A stretch of DNA of 64,000 nt, taken from the sequence record PQ741806.1; one strand, written 5' to 3'. The position numbers and the translations under genes were made by a program. The notes beneath the pieces were generated by a model, which saw only the letters and a program-made list of their open reading frames with translations, did no database searches and was not told the origin of the DNA. This document shows, piece by piece, positions 49,589-57,621 of this stretch (position 1 is its first letter; every line of letters starts with the position of its first letter).

Positions 49589-49997
49589 TGAAATCTACCT
49601 TAATCACAACGGCCTCCAAATCTACAATGTTGGGGAGCCTCTTTTTAGTTTGATGTACGGACCTTCCCTTAAAGGATTCACTCTTTTCCTTATTACTTGA
49701 TTTCTGCCATTTATGCGGGTCACTCGAACAATATAACTTTTCGGTGGCCCGCTTAAACTGTTTTTCTTGAAGGATCTCCTCAATGTTTTTCTTGGCATAA
49801 TCAGTAATAAAGTCCTCTAGCCCTTTGGGCATAAAGGCATCCTGAACAGGATGGAATTCTTCAAAGAAAGTATTAATGTATTTATCATCATCTACGGTAG
49901 ACATCTTATTATCTACCATGGTATTTTTTTCTATAAGAGATACCCTTAGGGCATCTTGCCATCTTTCGATGACTTCTGGAAATAATTGAACGTTCAT
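49545..49997 (-). CDS. Hypothetical protein (gp121-like)
   Basis: 150-aa ORF; RBS aatagg; first gene behind the TATATTAC motif. Confidence 0.55.
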   Translation of the reverse strand: MNVQLFPEVIERWQDALRVSLIEKNTMVDNKMSTVDDDKYINTFFEEFHPVQDAFMPKGLEDFITDYAKKNIEEILQEKQFKRATEKLYCSSDPHKWQKSSNKEKSESFKGRSVHQTKKRLPNIVDLEAVVIKVDFNGNTKNCGAYSSIS

Positions 49998-50040
49998 TTG
50001 GATTAACCTATTTTTAAATTAGAAGATCATGATCATTACT

Positions 50041-50048
50041 GTAATATA
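50041..50048 (-). promoter_or_regulatory. Early-type promoter TATATTAC
   Basis: Exact match to the phiKZ early consensus, 44 nt upstream of the gp121-like start. Confidence 0.7.
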
Positions 50049-50083
50049 GATCTTAAACTTTTTTTAATGTAATACAACATAAA

Positions 50084-50103
50084 GCCCTCCCCGAAGGGAG
50101 GGC
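50084..50103 (-). terminator. MCP operon terminator
   Basis: gccctccc-cgaa-gggagggc with cataaa/ctatg flanks. Confidence 0.85.
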
Positions 50104-50112
50104 CTATGTCTG

Positions 50113-50193
50113 TTACTCTTCTAACTTCCGGGCATTACCGTCTTCCAAATAACGGATAGTCCCATTTTCTAGATAACGGTAACCCTTTCCAGC
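50113..50193 (-). other. In-frame post-stop extension of the MCP gene (AGKGYRYLENGTIRYLEDGNARKLEE*): candidate read-through segment
   Basis: Manual translation after TGA 50194..50196; 26 sense codons then TAA; RxLExG x3 as in the gp143 C-terminus; no in-frame start codon. Confidence 0.6.
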
Positions 50194-52437
50194 TCACGGC
50201 TTAAGATCAGCAAGCTTACCGTTGAACTGAGTTTCGCCCATGACTTTCTGGAAGCCAGTGATCTTGAACTCTAGCGCGAACGGAATGTTGTTGACGTGTA
50301 GGTTGAACGGAATGGCCGCGATTTCGCGAGTAACCTGGTGACCACCACGAGTGATCGGTAGGTCAGCGATAACAGTAGATACGTAGAAGAACTGGCCCCA
50401 GGAGAGGATGTCGTTTTCTTGTTGTACTGCGCGGGTCGGAATTACAACTAGCTTACCATCAAATAGCTGGTTGTTGGTGGAAACGATATCGTACTTGAGA
50501 TAAGCACCTAGAGTACGGTCGTCACCTTTAGTCATTAGATAGTTAGCAATCTCTTTGTCGGAGCAGAAGAGATACATCGGAGTTTCATCCTGGTTACCGG
50601 AGATAACACGGAAGGCAGCTTCAATGTTGGAATCACGGTGAGCCGGGAATAGCTCAGCTTTAACACAGTTTAGGATCGCAGCGCAAACGTCGTCCCAACG
50701 ATCTTTAGACTTGATGGTGTCGATGACTTTCTCAAGATCTAGTTCTTTGTAACGATAGGTCGGACGCATTACAGCGGATAGTGCACCTTCGATGATACCA
50801 AACTTCGGACGGTTGTAACCATTGTGTACAACTTCACGTAGTTGAGCAAGGTAGTTAAGCATGCGCTTAACAGCGTTGTTGCTGTTACGGATGTTGGTGT
50901 TAACAGTTAGAGCTTTAACAACCTCACCCGGACCTTCATCGGTCATGGTGTCCATCGGTAGAGTTACAGGAGCGTGCATCGGGATCGGATGACGGAACTG
51001 TAGTGCACGGGTCTGTAGTAGGTGACCACGCTGACGACGGTTAGTGTTGGTGAAGCGAGTATCTAGTTCGAAACCGATAACAGCTAGGTCAGTTAGCTGA
51101 TCTAGAATAGCTTTAACAGCCGGGTCAGCATTATCCATTACCTGGCCATCTTCGTTTAGAACTTTATCGACGTAAGTGTCGGTAGCACCAAACTTAGAAT
51201 CGCCTTTGGATAGGCTGATAGTACCACCAAAACCAACGCTTAGACGTAGGCTTAGTTTAGCAGTCTTAAGGTCGTTAATAACGCCATCAGCTGAACCGTC
51301 GATGAAAGTGGTATCGCCACTAACAACAAGGTCATCGCTATCGAAACGGATAACTGCGTTCCGGGTATCACCAACTAGATCGGGCTGGAACACAGCGCGA
51401 GGTAGACGGTCAACCTTGAACTTAACAACTTTACCGCCGAGTAGAACGAATAGGTTCTTTAGACGACCAGCCGGATCAATGGTGTCAGAAACTTCAAGCA
51501 TGCCACGCTGAATGAGTAGGTTAGCATTGGAGTTACCCATTAGATCAAGACGTACGTTCGCTTTTAGCGGAGCAGTAGTGATAGTTAGGTTCTGCTCGTT
51601 CTTGATGGTGTACGGAGGAACAAGAGCCGGGTCTACGAAGAAGTCAGCATTGGAACCAGCCGGATCTAGGGCAGGAATTAGTGCAATGCTTTCGTCGTCG
51701 AGGATGGAAGGATCACGATAGGCTTCTACCATGTTCACTTCTTCGTTATCCATCTTAACGCCGGATACTTCGTGGTAAACGTCTTTCATTACAGCGATGT
51801 AAGGAAGAACCTGAACAACACCACCTTCAATCGGGTTGATAACGGTGGTCGGATAGATACGCTCAGCGAATTCATCCTGACGGCTAGCAGCTAGGTTATA
51901 ACCAATAGTTACAACACGGAAATCACGCTGTGACTTCTCGTTATAGTTCTCTAGGCCAACACCATTTTCGAATACTTGAATGCCACCAGCAGGGCCATTG
52001 AACTGATGCTGTACAACCTTAACATGATCTTCATTAGAAGCTTTAGCTTTGGTAATACCACGTAGTGCACGGATATATTTAGTTTCATCAGCACAGGCGA
52101 TAGCAGCCATGGTAGCAGCAGTGATTTGGTTCTCACGGACACGTTCTTCACGAGCACGTACTTGAGGATCACTGGAACTTACTCGTTCGAAACCATAGTC
52201 GTTAACGAGCATTTGCATTTTGTTATAAATTGCAGCGGCATCTTGAATGTCGGTAGCTTGCACGGTACCGAAGTTTTCATGTGAAATGCTGCTAATAAGG
52301 GAACGACCTTGACTAACAACGCTGTCATTTAGACCAATTTCACTTTCTAGGCGGCCAATGAAATCTTCCATTGAGAAGACTTCGTAATTCTTTTCGCCTT
52401 TGTGTTTAAACAGTTCTCTTAGGGCATGTACGCTCAT
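50194..52437 (-). CDS. gp120: Major capsid protein gp120
   Basis: 747 aa; G-L-E at residues 161-163 matches the known prohead-protease cleavage site; strong codon bias. Confidence 0.95.
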   Translation of the reverse strand: MSVHALRELFKHKGEKNYEVFSMEDFIGRLESEIGLNDSVVSQGRSLISSISHENFGTVQATDIQDAAAIYNKMQMLVNDYGFERVSSSDPQVRAREERVRENQITAATMAAIACADETKYIRALRGITKAKASNEDHVKVVQHQFNGPAGGIQVFENGVGLENYNEKSQRDFRVVTIGYNLAASRQDEFAERIYPTTVINPIEGGVVQVLPYIAVMKDVYHEVSGVKMDNEEVNMVEAYRDPSILDDESIALIPALDPAGSNADFFVDPALVPPYTIKNEQNLTITTAPLKANVRLDLMGNSNANLLIQRGMLEVSDTIDPAGRLKNLFVLLGGKVVKFKVDRLPRAVFQPDLVGDTRNAVIRFDSDDLVVSGDTTFIDGSADGVINDLKTAKLSLRLSVGFGGTISLSKGDSKFGATDTYVDKVLNEDGQVMDNADPAVKAILDQLTDLAVIGFELDTRFTNTNRRQRGHLLQTRALQFRHPIPMHAPVTLPMDTMTDEGPGEVVKALTVNTNIRNSNNAVKRMLNYLAQLREVVHNGYNRPKFGIIEGALSAVMRPTYRYKELDLEKVIDTIKSKDRWDDVCAAILNCVKAELFPAHRDSNIEAAFRVISGNQDETPMYLFCSDKEIANYLMTKGDDRTLGAYLKYDIVSTNNQLFDGKLVVIPTRAVQQENDILSWGQFFYVSTVIADLPITRGGHQVTREIAAIPFNLHVNNIPFALEFKITGFQKVMGETQFNGKLADLKP

Positions 52438-52509
52438 TTTTTATTCCTACGTAGGATGAGTTTTTGGTTTAAAAATTTGGGTCTACTAAGCATCTTTTCC
52501 GGAATCAAC

Positions 52510-53043
52510 CTAGCAGCTCTCCAAATAATAGGTAAAAATTTGTGTTGACGCCACGGATTCACGTGGGCGGGTGTTCAACATTTCATTTATCATACTATCA
52601 AAGAAAGTATGGTTAAGTTGAATTGAGACACGTCTAGGATCGCTACTTGCAATGTGCGCACTCTGCTGCACTGCAACCCACAGATTCTCATCTACAGGAT
52701 ATAGGTAATAATCGTACACTAAATTACGGTTACCTGCATCCCTAAGTTCATTAGTCGCTAGGCGGCTCTCTAAACGATTGTGTAAATCCTTCATCTTAAA
52801 TTGTTCAGGACCGTCTATTTCACCTAACTCAGCAACTTTGATTATCGGGCTTACTGCTAACTTAATATCTAGTTTTTCTGGTAATAGAAAGGGGAAAGCA
52901 GTTAAAGCCTGATGTATCTCCGCAAGATCATTTACGGAGGTTTCGGAAACTATATAGTTGGTGTCTAACAATTTGTTAAATTGTACACCTGCTGTTTTAT
53001 ATGATTCAAAAACAGCTTTTGGCATAACCAGAACTTGGGTCAT
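52510..53043 (-). CDS. Minor capsid protein (gp119-like)
   Basis: 177 aa; upstream of the MCP gene; late promoter in front. Confidence 0.75.
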   Translation of the reverse strand: MTQVLVMPKAVFESYKTAGVQFNKLLDTNYIVSETSVNDLAEIHQALTAFPFLLPEKLDIKLAVSPIIKVAELGEIDGPEQFKMKDLHNRLESRLATNELRDAGNRNLVYDYYLYPVDENLWVAVQQSAHIASSDPRRVSIQLNHTFFDSMINEMLNTRPRESVASTQIFTYYLESC

Positions 53044-53089
53044 TGTGAAAGTACCTATATTGTAACTTTAGGCTTTTGGGAACTGTCTA

Positions 53090-53093
53090 CATA
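53090..53093 (-). promoter_or_regulatory. Late promoter of the gp119-gp120 operon (P119L-type TATG)
   Basis: The - strand reads gtatttgctatattgcTATGtagacagttccc. Confidence 0.75.
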
Positions 53094-53182
53094 GCAATAT
53101 AGCAAATACATTCACTAAAATTACTAGCTATCTAAATGATACACTGTACATCTCTTAATTTCACAATTGGAAATCTATAAAA

Positions 53183-54730
53183 ATGTCAAGTCCAAAACAA
53201 TTACTCGTTTCATGTATCACTCTATTATGTTTAGAAAATCGAGAAGATTCTCCAGTGGAACCATCCAATGAATTGGTTACTGAGATTCTTGATACTCTAA
53301 ATGATAAGGGTGGTACATTAGATGTAGATCATGGTCGACAAACATTTTTAGATCTTCGTAATCTACTAGTGGATCTAAATAAGAAACAGAAAGCATATTT
53401 CCCAGCTACCCAACAGGTATTACAATCACTACAAGTATGTTGTCGTGAAGAAAGTTATCTATACGATGCTGTTAAAAATGCAGTAGAAGAAGAATTTCCA
53501 AATGGCATGGCATTAGCCATGCGTGTAACTTCATATCGTCGTGATCTAAATAGCTACTTAGCTGATGAGAAGGTAAAAGCTATTGTAAAAGAATGTTCAT
53601 CAAAAATTCTTTTCAATAGAGGCTCTGCTGATATTCCGGCAATCATTAATGAAATGGCAACCAGAGCTGACCCATATATTCGAGCGCGTGCTGAAGAGAA
53701 ACACCCAGCTGAAATGGGTGCACTTGATTTTGGTAATTTAGATTCTATTGAAGGCTTCTTTGAGGAAGCTAAAACTATTCTTTCCCCAAATGGTGCTTTC
53801 CGTACTGGATGGAAAGGTTTTAACAGGATGCTTGGTGATCTGGGTGCATTAAAACGTGGTGAATTTATTATCGGTGGTGGCCTACAACATCAATATAAAT
53901 CTGGCGTTTCTATGAGTCTATTTTGCCATGTGTGTCTATTTAATAAACCATACATGCGTGATATCAATAAGAAACCATTAGTAATGTTTATTACTCTTGA
54001 GAATGAGATTCCGGATAACCTTATTTTCATTTATGAGTATATTTACGAAAATGAAACAGGTATCAAGGTAGATCGTAGTTCTATTAGTAAAGCTGAAGCA
54101 GCTGAATATGTATCAGCTCGTCTCCGTGAAAATGGTTTTGAACCAGTAATGTATCGTTTTGACCCAACTGAATTTACGATTGCTGGTTTAGTTAACTACC
54201 TAGATACATATCAAGCACGTGGTTATGAACTACAATATCTCTGCGTAGATTATCTAAACATGTTGCCTAAAACTGGATTAGTGACCAGTGTAGCAGGTGA
54301 TGACGTTCGTCTCCTATTTAGGCGAATGCGTAACTATACTGCACCACGTGGTATCACATTCTTTAGTCCGCATCAGTTAAGTTCTCAGGCATTAGAACTA
54401 ATCAGGGATAATATCCCACCAGAAGACTTTGTTAAACAAGTTGCTAACAAAGGTTACTATGACGGTTGTCGCCGACTTGGACAAGAACCTGATCTGGAAT
54501 TCTTCTTCCACATTGTTAAAGTAAGTGGTAAGTATTATCTAACCGTACAACGTGGTAAACACCGTAACGTTGTAAGTGATAGTAAGCATCACTATTTTGT
54601 TATGCCGTTTGATCCAGACCGTATTGGTGGTATTAGATGGGATATCGATAAAGAAGAAAACAATTACATGGACTTTGTACCAAGTCTTAGCAATATGCAA
54701 GCCACTGGTGGAGATGACTGGGGATATTAA
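53183..54730 (+). CDS. dnaB: DnaB-like replicative helicase (gp118-like)
   Basis: 515 aa; FRTGWKGFNRMLG..GALKRGE, variant Walker A GLQHQYKS, ITLEN, VDYL, HQLS, RGKHR motifs. Confidence 0.88.
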   Translation: MSSPKQLLVSCITLLCLENREDSPVEPSNELVTEILDTLNDKGGTLDVDHGRQTFLDLRNLLVDLNKKQKAYFPATQQVLQSLQVCCREESYLYDAVKNAVEEEFPNGMALAMRVTSYRRDLNSYLADEKVKAIVKECSSKILFNRGSADIPAIINEMATRADPYIRARAEEKHPAEMGALDFGNLDSIEGFFEEAKTILSPNGAFRTGWKGFNRMLGDLGALKRGEFIIGGGLQHQYKSGVSMSLFCHVCLFNKPYMRDINKKPLVMFITLENEIPDNLIFIYEYIYENETGIKVDRSSISKAEAAEYVSARLRENGFEPVMYRFDPTEFTIAGLVNYLDTYQARGYELQYLCVDYLNMLPKTGLVTSVAGDDVRLLFRRMRNYTAPRGITFFSPHQLSSQALELIRDNIPPEDFVKQVANKGYYDGCRRLGQEPDLEFFFHIVKVSGKYYLTVQRGKHRNVVSDSKHHYFVMPFDPDRIGGIRWDIDKEENNYMDFVPSLSNMQATGGDDWGY

Positions 54731-54739
54731 CAACATAAA

Positions 54740-54759
54740 GCTCTCCCTTCGGGGAGAGC
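54740..54759 (+). terminator. Hairpin terminator
   Basis: gctctccc-ttcg-gggagagc. Confidence 0.75.
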
Positions 54760-54784
54760 ACTATAATTTTAATAGGTAATCTAA

Positions 54785-55153
54785 ATGAGTGCAATTGATA
54801 ATTTAGTAAATACTTTAAGAAAAAATATTAGTGAATGTAGAAAGTTTAATCGCCCTCTATTTGCACGTGTATATGCCGCATCACAAAATTACGATAAAAT
54901 CCGTTATGCTGTAGCAGAAGAAGCCCATTATTTTAAATATGGGAAATATGCAGAGGGTAATAATTTAAACATTGATGAACTCATCAGTGATCTTTATTTA
55001 TATTACACTATTTACGTTGATATTATCCGTAAACCATTACCCGATCCTAATGGGGATTTTATCAGTATCGTAAACCAAGATCACTATACACACATCTACT
55101 GGGATTTAGATCGGTGTGAATCTATTCCAGATGATGTAAAGGAGTTAATGTAA
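54785..55153 (+). CDS. Hypothetical protein
   Basis: 122-aa ORF; RBS aatagg. Confidence 0.6.
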   Translation: MSAIDNLVNTLRKNISECRKFNRPLFARVYAASQNYDKIRYAVAEEAHYFKYGKYAEGNNLNIDELISDLYLYYTIYVDIIRKPLPDPNGDFISIVNQDHYTHIYWDLDRCESIPDDVKELM

Positions 55154-55154
55154 T

Positions 55155-55391
55155 ATGTACTATGGTAATGTTTATATTATCTTTATTGGTGGTTTATTAA
55201 TATTTATCCTAGGATTGGTATTTGGAGGAATACTGGGAGAAGAGAACAATAACGTATATAAACTCAAATCCCAACAATTTGAATACTGCGTTAAAAATAA
55301 ACAATCAAAAAATAATGACAGTGAAAATATCCAAGTTATTAAAGTATGCGCAGAGTCTATTGTACTCCTATATCCAACTAATGAAAAATAA
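55155..55391 (+). CDS. Small membrane protein
   Basis: 78 aa; N-terminal TM helix; RBS ggag. Confidence 0.6.
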   Translation: MYYGNVYIIFIGGLLIFILGLVFGGILGEENNNVYKLKSQQFEYCVKNKQSKNNDSENIQVIKVCAESIVLLYPTNEK

Positions 55392-56032
55392 AGCATTTTA
55401 GCCCTCTTAGGAGGGCTTTTATGTCGTATGGCTAATATGCTAGTGAATAATGAATAAAATCGATTATAGAGCAAATTAGAAGGTATTAAAGGCATAAAGA
55501 AAGTCTATCTCTAGACTTATTATTTTTAATTAAAAAAATATAATCTATACTGTGTCTCCTTTTAGGGAGACAGTATGTTTTAGCTAACGCTATTAGAATA
55601 ATGCTAATATTATTTATTATTAGAATAAGGATATACCTTCGGTATAGTTTATTATGAAATAAAAGCCCCTACGGGGCGATCCGATTCCTCAGTTCCACAT
55701 TAGGTAAGATTCATGAGTAATATTTGATTACCAGTATTACTCAATGATACTGGTAATAATATACTAGATTATTAACAATATGTATTGATCATTCTGATTA
55801 AGTCAAATTAGTTAATAAACAAATCAATTATCAACGAGTGATAACGGGTATTGATTACTAGCTAAAGAGATTAATTAGGATATCTACATGAGGAGTCGCT
55901 ACCCCATGTATTCTGGAGTTTCTCTTTAGCGGGAGACTTAACTCCACTTGGGAGCCGCTTTAGCGGGCGGCTCTCACTTAAACAAAAAAAGAATTCAGAT
56001 AAGTCCCTCTCCTTTAGGAGAGGGGTTGTTTA
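55392..56032. other. ~640-bp non-coding AT-rich region with a cluster of GC hairpins
   Basis: No credible ORF; hairpins at about 55401, 55553, 55664, 55918-55977 and 56005; repeated tttagcggg. Confidence 0.6.
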
Positions 56033-56338
56033 TCATAGGCTTCTCCTTTCGGTTACATAGAACTTCTTCTGATCCATGTCAGTGTATGTTACTATGAAAT
56101 TGTCGAAGGGGTTGATGGATACGGCTAAACCTGCGTTGTTGACGTATCCTATTGTAGGGCCAGCCCAATAACCAATGAAGTTACCTCTACGATCTCGACA
56201 TTGGATAACATTATCGGCTTGCGTTTTCGCAACCGACATGCTATGGGTTGATCCATCGGGTCTCTTGAAAAAGAAACCTACTTCCTGCATTCTGTGCAGG
56301 TCAGGGCTAACATTGTTAGCGGTAACTGGAATTAACAT
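56033..56338 (-). CDS. Hypothetical protein
   Basis: 101 aa; RBS gagga. Confidence 0.65.
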   Translation of the reverse strand: MLIPVTANNVSPDLHRMQEVGFFFKRPDGSTHSMSVAKTQADNVIQCRDRRGNFIGYWAGPTIGYVNNAGLAVSINPFDNFIVTYTDMDQKKFYVTERRSL

Positions 56339-56406
56339 GATTGTTCCTCTTGTTAATCCAAGCCCACTTGGGCGAAAATGTTGAGTATTTTTTACTCAAC
56401 GGCATA

Positions 56407-56434
56407 TAGCCCTACTGTTACAGCAGTAGGGCTA
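56407..56434 (-). terminator. Hairpin terminator
   Basis: tagccctactg-ttacag-cagtagggcta. Confidence 0.6.
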
Positions 56435-56468
56435 ATTCTTTTATTCTTAAAAGTTTAACTGAATAAAT

Positions 56469-56490
56469 GCCCTCTCCCGAAGGAGAGGGC
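56469..56490 (-). terminator. Hairpin terminator
   Basis: gccctctcc-cgaa-ggagagggc. Confidence 0.75.
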
Positions 56491-56503
56491 TTATGTCGTT
56501 AAT

Positions 56504-56779
56504 TTATTTAACCAGCGATGTTTCCCTAACACGAGAGATGCATAAATAATTACTGTAATCGCTGGGGTCGTACTCATCATACCCTAGACAACTTGTATGA
56601 ATATATTCAGTACTGATATTAATCATATCAAGAGTAATACCATCACCCCATTTCTTAGTTGCCATCTCGATAATATCGGCGATAGTATTGGCTACATAAC
56701 AATCACCCAAGATATAAAAGGTATCTTCGGTATCATCCGGACGAAAATGACGAATACCATTCTGTGTATATTCACCCAT
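56504..56779 (-). CDS. Small acidic hypothetical protein
   Basis: 91 aa; RBS gagga. Confidence 0.65.
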   Translation of the reverse strand: MGEYTQNGIRHFRPDDTEDTFYILGDCYVANTIADIIEMATKKWGDGITLDMINISTEYIHTSCLGYDEYDPSDYSNYLCISRVRETSLVK

Positions 56780-56780
56780 G

Positions 56781-56924
56781 TTAATTATCCTCTTTTCCTT
56801 CTTGAGTATGATGAGTGGGCTCTACCCAGTAAAAATCAATAAACAGATCAACTGGTTTACAGCCAACCATCTCGCTGTCATCGGCCCATTTACTTTCATC
56901 TACGATAATTTCTTCATTAGTCAT
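56781..56924 (-). CDS. 47-aa acidic peptide (not in the ORF track)
   Basis: MTNEEIIVDESKWADDSEMVGCKPVDLFIDFYWVEPTHHTQEGKEDN; strong RBS taaggag. Confidence 0.6.
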   Translation of the reverse strand: MTNEEIIVDESKWADDSEMVGCKPVDLFIDFYWVEPTHHTQEGKEDN

Positions 56925-56963
56925 TTGTATTTCTCCTTATTTACTATAGTAAATATTGTTTAG

Positions 56964-57176
56964 TTACATAGTCCAATTAGTGGCTTCATCAACCATATCA
57001 GCTGCTTCTTTATCAGAAGCATTCCAGAGTTTATCAGCCCATTCTTTATCCATTTCATTTTGGATATTTTCAAGACGCATGTAATTATGCCATGCCTGAC
57101 CCAGTCGAAGATTCTTATTATTTTTGTAATAAATTCCAAACTCACCACGAACTGATGCAGGAATTGAAATAGTCAC
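56964..57176 (-). CDS. Hypothetical protein
   Basis: 70 aa; GTG start, RBS aaggag, GTGA coupling. Confidence 0.65.
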   Translation of the reverse strand: MTISIPASVRGEFGIYYKNNKNLRLGQAWHNYMRLENIQNEMDKEWADKLWNASDKEAADMVDEATNWTM

Positions 57177-57328
57177 TTTATAATCTCCTTAGTTACTATC
57201 TGACGTGCTTCTTTATAAGAAATATTCGGATTATCATTGATGTATTTAAGAACTTTCTGATGTATAATATTCTCTCGCTCAGTTAGTTCTTTTACTACTC
57301 TTTTAAAATAACCTGGTGATCGTTTCAT
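57173..57328 (-). CDS. 51-aa basic protein, possible mini winged-HTH (not in the ORF track)
   Basis: MKRSPGYFKRVVKELTERENIIHQKVLKYINDNPNISYKEARQIVTKEIIK; fills the gap exactly, with coupled stop/start. Confidence 0.6.
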   Translation of the reverse strand: MKRSPGYFKRVVKELTERENIIHQKVLKYINDNPNISYKEARQIVTKEIIK

Positions 57329-57330
57329 AG

Positions 57331-57558
57331 TCATGGTTCTTCGATTAACAAGTTATTTGCCTCGAAAAAGAATGGGGCTGACCAGCTATAATCTGGTTCA
57401 TTTACCAGTTTTACACTGTTCTTGGTTTTGATAATCTTGCGATCATACCGCCAGTTTTGTGGTCCATGTTTAGGAATAGTGTAGTATTCACCATCGGGTA
57501 GATTAGCGGCTTTCTCCCATCCGAGTTCTTTAACGCTAAACTTTTTATCAATAGTCAT
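57331..57558 (-). CDS. Hypothetical protein, NLPxGxYxTxPxHGP family (copy 2)
   Basis: Likely start ATG 57558 (RBS gagg); 75 aa. Confidence 0.6.
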   Translation of the reverse strand: MTIDKKFSVKELGWEKAANLPDGEYYTIPKHGPQNWRYDRKIIKTKNSVKLVNEPDYSWSAPFFFEANNLLIEEP

Positions 57559-57621
57559 TTTCTTTATTTCCTCGCTGTCATGAAACCACTCGGTGACCGT
57601 ATCAGGCTGCGTCCTCATGAT

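Noticed and set aside
50135-50197. GTG-started 20-aa ORF (VSWKGLPLSRKWDYPLFGRR) overlapping the MCP stop, as an alternative reading of the 3' UTR
   Set aside because: No RBS and no recognisable motif; the RxLExG repeat is in the MCP frame, not this one
51176-51721. Plus-strand ORFs of 111 and 69 aa antisense to the MCP gene
   Set aside because: Shadow ORFs expected from the strong codon bias of the capsid gene; S/R/L-rich, no RBS
55172-55495. 107-aa minus-strand ORF reaching into the non-coding region
   Set aside because: Antisense to the 78-aa membrane gene; crosses a terminator; low-complexity composition
55880-55990. Possible tRNA in the structured block
   Set aside because: No cloverleaf, no T-loop GTTC motif and no CCA end found by eye
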